Part shown: one piece after another, positions 35,208 through 41,907 of the stretch
Numbering within the stretch: position 1 is the first letter of the stretch
Layout of the letters: each line of letters begins with the position of its first letter
IMG/VR virus record: IMGVR_UViG_3300036792_000278
Location: 1 to 41,907 of that record
Strand: one strand, 5' to 3'
Length of the DNA stretch: 41,907 nucleotides
Source of the DNA: a virus
Taxonomy: Duplodnaviria; Caudoviricetes
The notes under the pieces: generated by a model
Seen by the model: the letters and a program-made list of their open reading frames with translations, nothing else
What the model was told of the DNA's origin: nothing
Database searches by the model: none
Made by a program: the position numbers and the translations under genes

Positions 35208-36188
35208 TTACGGAGTGCGCCGGTAGCCGATCGCACGCGTCGCCGCGGCGAGGTTGGCCAGGTCCGCGTGCCGGTAGATTTGCGACGTGAACGGCGACGT
35301 GTGCCGCAAGCATCGCTGAATGACGGGCTCGGTGATTCCCCAGGCACTCTCGGCGTGGGTCGCCCAGGAGTGGCGTAGGCTCTGGAAAGTCAGCCCCTTG
35401 ATCCCCACGGCCTCCCCGGCCGCCGCGAGCCGGTCTAACGGCCGGTATCCGCACGAGGCCTGGTCCCACGGCCCCAGGCGACGGATGCCCGGGAACAGCC
35501 AAATCGAGTCCGTTCGGGGGACCCAGGAGCGCAGCGCTTCGGCGAGCTGGTCCGGGATGGGGACGGGTGCCGCGCTCGCGATCGTCTTTAGCCGGCGGCG
35601 ACCCATGACGCGCAGGACCGGGTACGCCCAGTCGATATCGGCGACCTGGGTATAGAGCGCTTCGTCGCGTCGCACGCCGGTCAGCGCGACGAGCAAGCTG
35701 AGGGCATACAGCCGATGGCCGATCCAGTCGTCCACGTTGCCGGACAGGGACTCGAATAAGCGGACCATCGACTCCATCGAATGCCAGGGCTGTTGCCTGG
35801 GCGGCTCCGGTCTTATCCACGACCGGGTGCTCTTCCGCTTCCCCCGGAACGGCGAGCGCTCGACGAACGACTCCTCCTCGGCCCAGGTACACGCCGCCTT
35901 CAAATACCCCAGCTCCCCGACGATCGTGTTGGCACACACGGCCTCGGACCGGCGGCACACGTAGGCCGCGACCATCTCTTGCGTGAAATGAGCGGTCGTC
36001 CGGATCTTCGGCTTTTCGATCCCCGCCACCAGGTCGAGGATGTGCGACATCTGCCCATAGGTCGCCTGGGAGCGTTGCGGCGGTTTGTAGAGGACAAGGA
36101 ATTTCGAGCGAAACTTCGACAAAGCAATAGCTGGCATTGGGTTGCACTCCGGGCAAAAAATAAGGGGGGTGCCCGGAGTATGCAGCAT
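35208..36188 (-). CDS. int: Tyrosine integrase (true start may be ~50 nt downstream)
   Basis: TGVRRDEAL, LKT, QSLRHSWATH, LRHTS, SQIY; adjacent to attP. Confidence 0.9.
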   Translation of the reverse strand: MLHTPGTPLIFCPECNPMPAIALSKFRSKFLVLYKPPQRSQATYGQMSHILDLVAGIEKPKIRTTAHFTQEMVAAYVCRRSEAVCANTIVGELGYLKAACTWAEEESFVERSPFRGKRKSTRSWIRPEPPRQQPWHSMESMVRLFESLSGNVDDWIGHRLYALSLLVALTGVRRDEALYTQVADIDWAYPVLRVMGRRRLKTIASAAPVPIPDQLAEALRSWVPRTDSIWLFPGIRRLGPWDQASCGYRPLDRLAAAGEAVGIKGLTFQSLRHSWATHAESAWGITEPVIQRCLRHTSPFTSQIYRHADLANLAAATRAIGYRRTP

Positions 36189-36280
36189 GGAGAAGCGGGG
36201 AAAGTCGCCACAAGTTTAACGCATGTCCCGACATGCGATTTGTGACGCCGGCGCGAAAGTGAGTGTATCGTGCCCCCCAT

Positions 36281-36324
36281 TTTCGTAAAGCGGGGGTTGA
36301 GGGTTCGACTCCCCCCGGTGGCTC
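36281..36324 (+). other. attP core: 3' half of tRNA-Thr(CGT)
   Basis: TTCGTAA anticodon loop, AGCGG, GGGTT, GAGGG-TTCGACT-CCCCC T-arm, CGGTGGC acceptor strand; no 5' half present. Confidence 0.8.
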
Positions 36325-36371
36325 TGGATGGCTGCCCAAAACGGCCGTCCAACCCTGCCTCGAAAGTCCCT

Positions 36372-36399
36372 TTGAAGTGGTCATGAGATCACCTAGAAT
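36372..36399 (+). promoter_or_regulatory. Putative promoter of the antisense sRNA
   Basis: TTGAAG-16 nt-TAGAAT. Confidence 0.45.
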
Positions 36400-36405
36400 G
36401 GAGTG

Positions 36406-36476
36406 ACGGAGCGGCGGGTCCTTGTGGTATTACCGACCCCGGGGCACTTTCTCAGGGCACCCCGGGGTCGGTTTTT
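36406..36476 (+). ncRNA. Candidate trans-acting antisense RNA targeting the start of gene 38476..38087
   Basis: 13-bp perfect stem plus T tract; loop 36445-36459 identical to 38474-38488; 36419-36428 identical to 38449-38458. Confidence 0.6.
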
Positions 36477-36481
36477 GCGCG

Positions 36482-36723
36482 AGCGCCAGAATTAGCGCCA
36501 GAATTCCCTCAGATTTGGCGAATTCTGGCGCTGTTAAGGGCAGTCCTCGAAAGGAGTTGCGCGAGCGCCAGAATTCCCCGTTGGCCACGCGGGCCCGTGC
36601 GCGGGCCCGGGCCCGCGTGGCAAGAAACGAATTCTGGCGCTGACGTAAGCGGATGCGGCGCAACGGGTTGACAGCGCCAGAATTCCCCAAATCCGGCCGA
36701 ATTCTGGCGCGAATTCTGGCGCT
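36482..36723. repeat. Palindromic iteron array, putative replication origin
   Basis: Eight copies of GCGCCAGAATT(C) ordered F F R F | R F R R around a 14-bp GC hairpin at 36584-36621; directly downstream of the helicase. Confidence 0.75.
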
Positions 36724-38090
36724 CAGGCGATCGGGGTTTCCGGGGCATCGTTGCGGGCCTCCGGGGTGTCGCCGTCTCGGAGCTCGAGCTCGGGGGTTAG
36801 CTCGATCCACTTGCGACCGTCCTTCTCGCCCTTGAACTCATGCACCCGTTTGGCCAGCCGCTTGATCGCCAGGTACACCGTCGCCCGCTTGGCGTCGAGT
36901 GCATCCTCTGCTTCTTCGAGGAGCGTCTTCAGCTTGATCGCTCCGTCGCCGAGCCGCTTGATGATGAACTCCTGGAGCTCCATGGTCCGGTCGGTCTTCG
37001 GGCCGGGCTTGCCGTCGATCTCTCCCCGCATCGCTTGTTGTGCGAGCTGAAAGGCGACCTGCTTGGCGGTCAGATGGACCGGCGAAGGGTCCCAGACGAC
37101 CTGGCCGCTCTTGAAGCCGACGGAAAGGCCCGTGGTCGTCTTGTCCACCGGGTTGCCCTTGATGAACGAGAGCAGTCGTCGGCTGTGGTCGCGCGGGTCC
37201 GTCGAGTAGAACCACACCATGCGGCTCTTGTTGACAAACGCGGCCGAGCCCTGAATCCGGGCCTGGATGTCAGCACTGGATTGCTTCGTCAAATGCGCGA
37301 TCAGAATCGCCGCGAGGCGGTGATCCTCCGCCAGTTTGAACAGCGGATTGAGCGCGTGCTGGACCTCGGCGTCATTGCCCGTATCCGAGCCGCTCAGGTA
37401 GGAGCCGATCGGGTCGATGAACACCCCGTGAACGTTGCCGATGGCGGCGACGGCAAGGCTCAGATATGGCACGTCCCGCGAGAGCGAGAAGCGATCCTCG
37501 GTGCCATCGGGGGCATGAGTCGAAGTCATGATGTGGACGCGAGACAGGTCGGCACCGTGGCGACTGAGACGGGGCCGAATATCCGTTGCCGCGTTCTCTT
37601 CCGCGGACAGGATGACCACGTTCCCGGGTTCCCTTGATAGGCCGCCAGGGGCATCGGGCCAGGGCGCGCCGGTCGTGATGCACGCGATGAGAGAGCCGGT
37701 CAACGTCGACTTGCCGGCGCCTCCATCGCCGGCGATAAGGGAGACGGTTCGCCGAGGAATACGACCGGGCCAAGTCCACTCGTATTCCTCTTCCTCGATC
37801 TCATTGATGCACGTAAGGGAGACCCACCGCTTGCGCGACTCCGAACCTTGGGGAAGCGGCGGCTCAGCCGATTGCTTCTTTTTCTTGCCCCGGCCCTCGG
37901 CGAGGAGTCCCTGGTTTTTCAGCCAGAGATAAGACCTTTGCGCCTTGGGGCCATCGTGTTGCCCGCGCTTCCCCGATCGCTCGATGTGGAAGCGGATTCG
38001 CTCCGTGGTCGAGTAGAACACTTCGCCGTCATCGTCGTCCTCGGGCGGGATGGGGACCGGGTTCGGATGGTCGGGTGTTTGCTGGCTCAT
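36723..38090 (-). CDS. AAA_25/RepA-like (RecA-fold) replicative helicase
   Basis: WTWPGRIP, Walker A GDGGAGKST, SAEEN, Walker B VFIDP, AHLTK, GSAAF. Confidence 0.9.
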   Translation of the reverse strand: MSQQTPDHPNPVPIPPEDDDDGEVFYSTTERIRFHIERSGKRGQHDGPKAQRSYLWLKNQGLLAEGRGKKKKQSAEPPLPQGSESRKRWVSLTCINEIEEEEYEWTWPGRIPRRTVSLIAGDGGAGKSTLTGSLIACITTGAPWPDAPGGLSREPGNVVILSAEENAATDIRPRLSRHGADLSRVHIMTSTHAPDGTEDRFSLSRDVPYLSLAVAAIGNVHGVFIDPIGSYLSGSDTGNDAEVQHALNPLFKLAEDHRLAAILIAHLTKQSSADIQARIQGSAAFVNKSRMVWFYSTDPRDHSRRLLSFIKGNPVDKTTTGLSVGFKSGQVVWDPSPVHLTAKQVAFQLAQQAMRGEIDGKPGPKTDRTMELQEFIIKRLGDGAIKLKTLLEEAEDALDAKRATVYLAIKRLAKRVHEFKGEKDGRKWIELTPELELRDGDTPEARNDAPETPIA

Positions 38091-38476
38091 TTCCGGCCCT
38101 CCGGCGCAACCGGGGACTGGCCGTAAGCGAGAAGCTGTTCCCAGCCGCTCGACGTTCGACGCGAACGATCGCCGACGAAGAACGGCATGCCGGGGATGAT
38201 AAAGCGGGCCTCATCCGTCCAGGCGGGCCATTCGGATGGATCGACGTCGGCCGAGACGACTTCGCGGTCCGTCCATGACGGCCACGAAAGGGCCCGGGGC
38301 GGCTCGGGCGGCTCGCTGGGCGTGGCCTGGGGATTGACGGGGGGAGCGAGGTCGGGGTAGTCTGTTCGACGCTCGGAGCCGGTGCGGGACGGACGGGGGG
38401 CGCAGGAGCGGACCGCTCCCCGCGATGCGAGGATCTTCATGAGTTGCTTCCTTGTGGTGACAGCTTCGCGGGCCAC
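38087..38476 (-). CDS. Hypothetical protein translationally coupled to the helicase
   Basis: GTG start; stop overlaps the helicase ATG (ATGA). Confidence 0.55.
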   Translation of the reverse strand: MAREAVTTRKQLMKILASRGAVRSCAPRPSRTGSERRTDYPDLAPPVNPQATPSEPPEPPRALSWPSWTDREVVSADVDPSEWPAWTDEARFIIPGMPFFVGDRSRRTSSGWEQLLAYGQSPVAPEGRK

Positions 38477-38548
38477 TTTCTCAGGGCAACCCGTTGAAGC
38501 CGGCTGACTGATTGAACTCGGCTAATCTACCCTTCGCCTCCAATTCCC

Positions 38549-38863
38549 TCAAGCACCTTGACGCGGCCCCCCACGCGGCGGCAACTCAAAGGACGCCGCC
38601 AGCTCCTTCACCAGGTCGCGGGGCTCGACAGCCGTGGGCCGGCGGTAGCAGTCGAGCAACACGCCGTCGCGCACCCAGAGGATCGCGCCACACGGGCACT
38701 CCCAGAGCTCGATCCACGCATCGACCTGCTGGCCGTCGGTGTCGAAAAAGCTATCGAGAAACTTCGATGCGAGGCTGAGCTCGCCCGTGCAGCTCGACGT
38801 CCCGATCGCGGGCCAGCGCTCGAGGATCTCGCCGTGCCGTCCGAGGTAGGGTCTCAACTCCAT
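38549..38863 (-). CDS. Hypothetical protein (CPCG motif)
   Basis: Start MELRPYL, GAGGAG upstream. Confidence 0.5.
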   Translation of the reverse strand: MELRPYLGRHGEILERWPAIGTSSCTGELSLASKFLDSFFDTDGQQVDAWIELWECPCGAILWVRDGVLLDCYRRPTAVEPRDLVKELAASFELPPRGGPRQGA

Positions 38864-39147
38864 CACGTCACTTGCTCCTCTCGTGAGTTTGTGAGCCGGT
38901 AGACCTTCGCCTGACACTCCCGCTTGAACGTCCAGCTTGACCCGGGCGCATGCACCTCGCACCGCACAGTCTCGACCGCAACCGAGAGCTTGCCGTCCCG
39001 CACGAGCTGGGCCAGCGTCTCGCGGACCAGCGAGCAACCGAGCCGGCCCAGCTCGAGCTCGACGGTCGACGTGGTCGCGGAGCCCAGCCGCCGGATGATG
39101 GCGAGGACGCGCGCGGCGAACGCGTCACGATCGATGAGGCAGCCCAT
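38863..39147 (-). CDS. Small winged-helix-like protein
   Basis: RVLAIIRRLGSATTSTV...VRETLAQLVRDGKL...VYRL; GGAGG RBS. Confidence 0.55.
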   Translation of the reverse strand: MGCLIDRDAFAARVLAIIRRLGSATTSTVELELGRLGCSLVRETLAQLVRDGKLSVAVETVRCEVHAPGSSWTFKRECQAKVYRLTNSREEQVT

Positions 39148-39431
39148 CAGGCCCCTCCGTCCAGGAAGGTCACGTGGATCTCGACCCCGAACTTCGTCAG
39201 CACGAACCCATCGCGCTTCACTTGAATGCCAGACTCGGCATCGGTCAGGCCGCAATCGATCGGCAGGTGATGCTTCACCCGGTCGGGCCCCTCAAACCAC
39301 ATCAGCCCTTGCTCGACGCCGAGGAAGCGGTGCGCTCCCTCGGCGAAGGTGACCCGCGAGTCGGGCGAAACCATGCTCACGCGCGGGTGGGATCTCAGGT
39401 GATCGATCACGTCGGCAAAGGTGCGAATCAT
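39147..39431 (-). CDS. Hypothetical protein
   Basis: Start MIRTFAD with GGAGAG RBS. Confidence 0.55.
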   Translation of the reverse strand: MIRTFADVIDHLRSHPRVSMVSPDSRVTFAEGAHRFLGVEQGLMWFEGPDRVKHHLPIDCGLTDAESGIQVKRDGFVLTKFGVEIHVTFLDGGA

Positions 39432-39484
39432 GGTGCTCTCCAAATGAGCAGCCGCGCCCCCAAGGGAGGGCGCGGCCAGGTCGA

Positions 39485-39943
39485 TCAGTCCTCCGCGCGA
39501 CGGAGCTCGGAGTCGAGCCGCGTCCGCTGGTAAGTGACCAGGTAAGTGCCGGCCGGCAACGTGCGGTGGCCGTGCTCGGGATGGGTGATCGTGACCGGCT
39601 CCGCGGCGACGATCACGGGGCCGAGGAACTGTCGGTGCGCTTTGGTCGCGGGCACAAGCCCGGTGAGAATCCGAATCGCGTCGGCCTCCGTGGGCGTGAA
39701 TAGCCGGCAGTCCCCCTCGACGATGTGGCGGCTGCCCTGGGTGTTCCCGGGGGCGAGCTGGCGTCCCTTGAAGGGAGAGGCTTCGGCGGGTTTGCAGTCG
39801 AGCAGGACGATGTAGATATCACCCTGCCGAACATTGTCGCCCGGCGACATCACTTCGATGGTCGCCGGATCCGCGTTGCGGATTTTCTCGGCCGACTTCC
39901 GTACCTGGTTCAAGGCCAAGGCTGCTGTAGATGCCCGTGCCAC
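39485..39943 (-). CDS. Conserved partner of DUF6745 proteins
   Basis: RQGDIYI...LAPG.T.GSRH...THPEHGH..LPAGTY.V..QR. Confidence 0.75.
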   Translation of the reverse strand: MARASTAALALNQVRKSAEKIRNADPATIEVMSPGDNVRQGDIYIVLLDCKPAEASPFKGRQLAPGNTQGSRHIVEGDCRLFTPTEADAIRILTGLVPATKAHRQFLGPVIVAAEPVTITHPEHGHRTLPAGTYLVTYQRTRLDSELRRAED

Positions 39944-39958
39944 TTGGGATGCTCCTTG

Positions 39959-41050
39959 TTACGCGGCGTTAATGGTTCGCCCAGCGTGGCCGCCGCTCAG
40001 CCAGTTCTGGGCGTCTTCGCAGGTGATGATGCCCGGTTCCACGACCAAAGCATAAATCCGCGCCGTGGAGGGGCAGGCGCAGACCAGCACGGTTTCGCCG
40101 TCGGGGCCGCGCATGAGGCACTCGCGCGTGGCTTCGACGTCATTGCGCCGCTTGTCGAGGATCACAGCGTCCGTCTCGCGGAGGTAACGGTCCCAGCCGA
40201 AGCGTTCGATGCGAATCCGCTTCACCTCGGCGTTGGACTCGGAGCGGATCTGGGCGATCCTCTGCGTCTCCGGGGTCATGACGATCTGCTCGTCGACCTG
40301 GACGCCGCCGATCCGCCACGTGCTCCAACCGTCGCGGAAGCGAACGGCCGGGCCCGTGGTCGAGTGCAGTCGGCCATCGACCATTGAGCAGATCTCGGGA
40401 CGGTCCGACAGGACACAAATCCCCTCGTAGGGCCACCACCAATTGCAAGAGCGATCGACCTCGATCCACCAGCCGAGCCGCTCGCGATGGGCAGGGTCGT
40501 ATTTCACCCCGATCTGCTCGGGGAAGGTGTAGAACGCGAGCCAAAATGCTTCGTGTTGACCCCAGAAATAATTGCTGTCAAAGGCGACTCTCTGGTCGCG
40601 GAGCTGGCCGCGGAGCTGGCCGCTGAGCTGGTCGCAGAGCTGGTCGCAGAGCTGGCCGCTGAGCTGGTCGCAGAGCTGGCCGCTGAGCTGGCCGCGGAGC
40701 TGGTCGCTGAGCTGGTCGCGGAGCTGGCCGCGGAGCTGGTCGCAGAGCTGGTCGCAGAGCTGGCCGCGGAGCTGGCCGCGGAGCTGGTCGCAGAGCTGGC
40801 CGCGGAGCTGGCCGCGGAGCTTAGGGAGCTCCTTGAAGAAGTGGAGATAGAAATGAGCCGACAGCGGGGACGGAGCCCAGAGGTAGAGCGGGGGCTTCTT
40901 GCCGATGGCTGCGTACATTTTCGCGATCGCCGCCTCCGCGCGCGGACGGTCCGCCGGCTCCGTGCACAGGCCCACGTTGAGCCACTCCTCCCGCCAGCGC
41001 GGGAGGAGTTCTTGTTGCTCGGGCGTCAGTTTTTCGATCTTGCGCGTCAT
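39959..41050 (-). CDS. DUF6745-domain protein with internal tetrapeptide repeats
   Basis: [58 protein letters not shown]. Confidence 0.8.
   Translation of the reverse strand: MTRKIEKLTPEQQELLPRWREEWLNVGLCTEPADRPRAEAAIAKMYAAIGKKPPLYLWAPSPLSAHFYLHFFKELPKLRGQLRGQLCDQLRGQLRGQLCDQLCDQLRGQLRDQLSDQLRGQLSGQLCDQLSGQLCDQLCDQLSGQLRGQLRDQRVAFDSNYFWGQHEAFWLAFYTFPEQIGVKYDPAHRERLGWWIEVDRSCNWWWPYEGICVLSDRPEICSMVDGRLHSTTGPAVRFRDGWSTWRIGGVQVDEQIVMTPETQRIAQIRSESNAEVKRIRIERFGWDRYLRETDAVILDKRRNDVEATRECLMRGPDGETVLVCACPSTARIYALVVEPGIITCEDAQNWLSGGHAGRTINAA
40592..40821. repeat. 12-bp tandem repeat, 19 units
   Basis: GAGCTGGYCGCD units encoding QL(R/C/S)(G/D). Confidence 0.95.
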
Positions 41051-41802
41051 GATCGCTCCTCAAGCATTCGGAGAGCTTGTTCGAAACCCTGGGACACCTG
41101 CGACTCAGTCCATTGTGACACGCGGGCATCGAAGCCCTGGGCCTTGCCCCACCTCGTGACGTCGTCGGCGAGCCGGCAGTTGCGACCCCGTTTGCGTTGC
41201 TGCTGACACATCCACGCGAAGAGCTGACCGCCGTTACGCGGGGCATCCGATCCCGGCGGCGGTCGATCCTGGGTGCGCGTCTTGACTTCAACCCCGGCGC
41301 TCCCAGGCCCCTTGCCGGGCCAGTCGTGCCGGACCTTGCCATTGGAGTTGCGAGTTGCAGGTTGCGAGTTCCCAGCACGAGCGGGGACGGGCGCGGCCTC
41401 TGGCTCGCAACTGGCAACTTTCAACTTGGAACTGAACGACGCCACCCCGTCCCGGTACAGGTAGCGCGCAACCCCGAACTTGACCGCCGCGCGTTTGAAC
41501 GCGTCGGAATACCCTGACTTGTCGTCGTCGCCCGAGTCGGCCATGCCGGCGTAACCCCCGGCATCGCACTTGGTCAGGAGCGAGCCGTCCGACATCCGGA
41601 TCGTGAGCTCGCAGAGCACGGAGTTCTCGCCGGCGACGAAGCGATCCCACCAGTTCTCGGGACCCACCACGTTGTCCAGCCGGTTCATCACGGTCCGGGC
41701 CGTGATGTAATGAAGCTGGCGTCCGGAGGTGGAACGGACCTTCACTTCGCTCTGATCGAAGGGGGCGGCGAGGGCCGCGAAGAGATTGGGATGCTGGGTC
41801 AT
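41047..41802 (-). CDS. Rad52/Rad22-family (Sak-like) ssDNA annealing protein
   Basis: [42 protein letters not shown]. Confidence 0.9.
   Translation of the reverse strand: MTQHPNLFAALAAPFDQSEVKVRSTSGRQLHYITARTVMNRLDNVVGPENWWDRFVAGENSVLCELTIRMSDGSLLTKCDAGGYAGMADSGDDDKSGYSDAFKRAAVKFGVARYLYRDGVASFSSKLKVASCEPEAAPVPARAGNSQPATRNSNGKVRHDWPGKGPGSAGVEVKTRTQDRPPPGSDAPRNGGQLFAWMCQQQRKRGRNCRLADDVTRWGKAQGFDARVSQWTESQVSQGFEQALRMLEERS
41345..41437. repeat. Two inverted tracts of degenerate 7-nt repeats inside the Rad52 linker
   Basis: AGTTGCG AGTTGCA GGTTGCG AGTTCCC ... TCGCAAC TGGCAAC TTTCAAC TTGGAAC. Confidence 0.55.
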
Positions 41803-41906
41803 GACCGGGGCTCCAAGGCGGGGGTGGATTGGACGACGCGGACATGGACCGCGCCCATCCTGCTCTGACGGCGTTTGTTGCCGAAGGCCTTGTTCGCAAG
41901 AGACTC
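41799..41906 (-). CDS. 3' part of the end-spanning hypothetical protein
   Basis: [35 protein letters not shown]; stop overlaps the Rad52 ATG. Confidence 0.55.
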   Translation of the reverse strand, partial: ESLANKAFGNKRRQSRMGAVHVRVVQSTPALEPRS

Positions 41907-41907
41907 A

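Larger units (their letters stand above)
1..41907. mobile_element. Near-complete temperate siphovirus genome, excised/circular form, probable Planctomycetota host
   Basis: Terminase, portal, protease, capsid, tail, tape measure, integrase, intact internal attP and replication genes all present; both ends lie in the same leftward operon. Confidence 0.9.

Noticed and set aside
36250-36325. Complete tRNA-Thr gene
   Set aside because: No 5' acceptor strand, D-arm or 5' anticodon stem; interpreted as the attP core
34540-36384. 614-aa minus-strand ORF spanning attP and int
   Set aside because: Overlaps the integrase in another frame, crosses attP, has Arg/Pro/Gly-rich shadow composition and no motifs
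36482-36723. Iteron region as a mini-CRISPR
   Set aside because: Repeats are only 11-13 bp, in both orientations and irregularly spaced
40592-40821. Possible CRISPR array
   Set aside because: Contiguous 12-bp units with no unique spacers, in frame within a CDS; no cas genes
40487-41206. Plus-strand ELAA/ELVA and SWPR repeat ORFs
   Set aside because: Alternative readings of the 12-bp repeat inside the DUF6745 gene
1-41907. Diversity-generating retroelement, retron or recoded genetic code
   Set aside because: No reverse transcriptase motifs or TR/VR pair noticed; core genes are full length in the standard code

Overview
The window looks like an essentially complete, circularly permuted ~41.9-kb GC-rich temperate siphovirus genome in its excised form. 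attP is intact and internal, and merging the shared terminal A joins the two window ends into one ORF. The host is probably a planctomycete; this is inferred from a recalled conserved small-protein motif and has not been searched. A divergent promoter switch at ~1.7-1.8 kb drives a leftward early operon that wraps through the window end: Rad52/Sak annealase, DUF6745 repeat protein and partner, AAA_25 helicase, a palindromic iteron origin, attP (3' half of tRNA-Thr CGT), tyrosine integrase and a divergent C5 methyltransferase. Rightward lie an RHH regulator, an XRE/DEDDh exonuclease cassette, candidate small RNAs, a tRNA-like element and a second tyrosine recombinase. Next come a lysis-position cassette built on a matrixin metalloprotease, terminase, a frameshifted dual-frame methyltransferase, portal, a MuF-zincin-ADP-ribosyltransferase toxin, HK97-type head genes and a short tail. 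The tail module ends in Cys-rich proteins coupled to glycosyltransferases. The strongest novel signal is a ~70-nt RNA just downstream of attP. Its 15-nt terminator loop is exactly antisense to the RBS and start codon of the gene directly upstream of the helicase, 2 kb away, suggesting integration-coupled antisense control of replication. All family assignments come from motif recognition by eye; no database searches were run.
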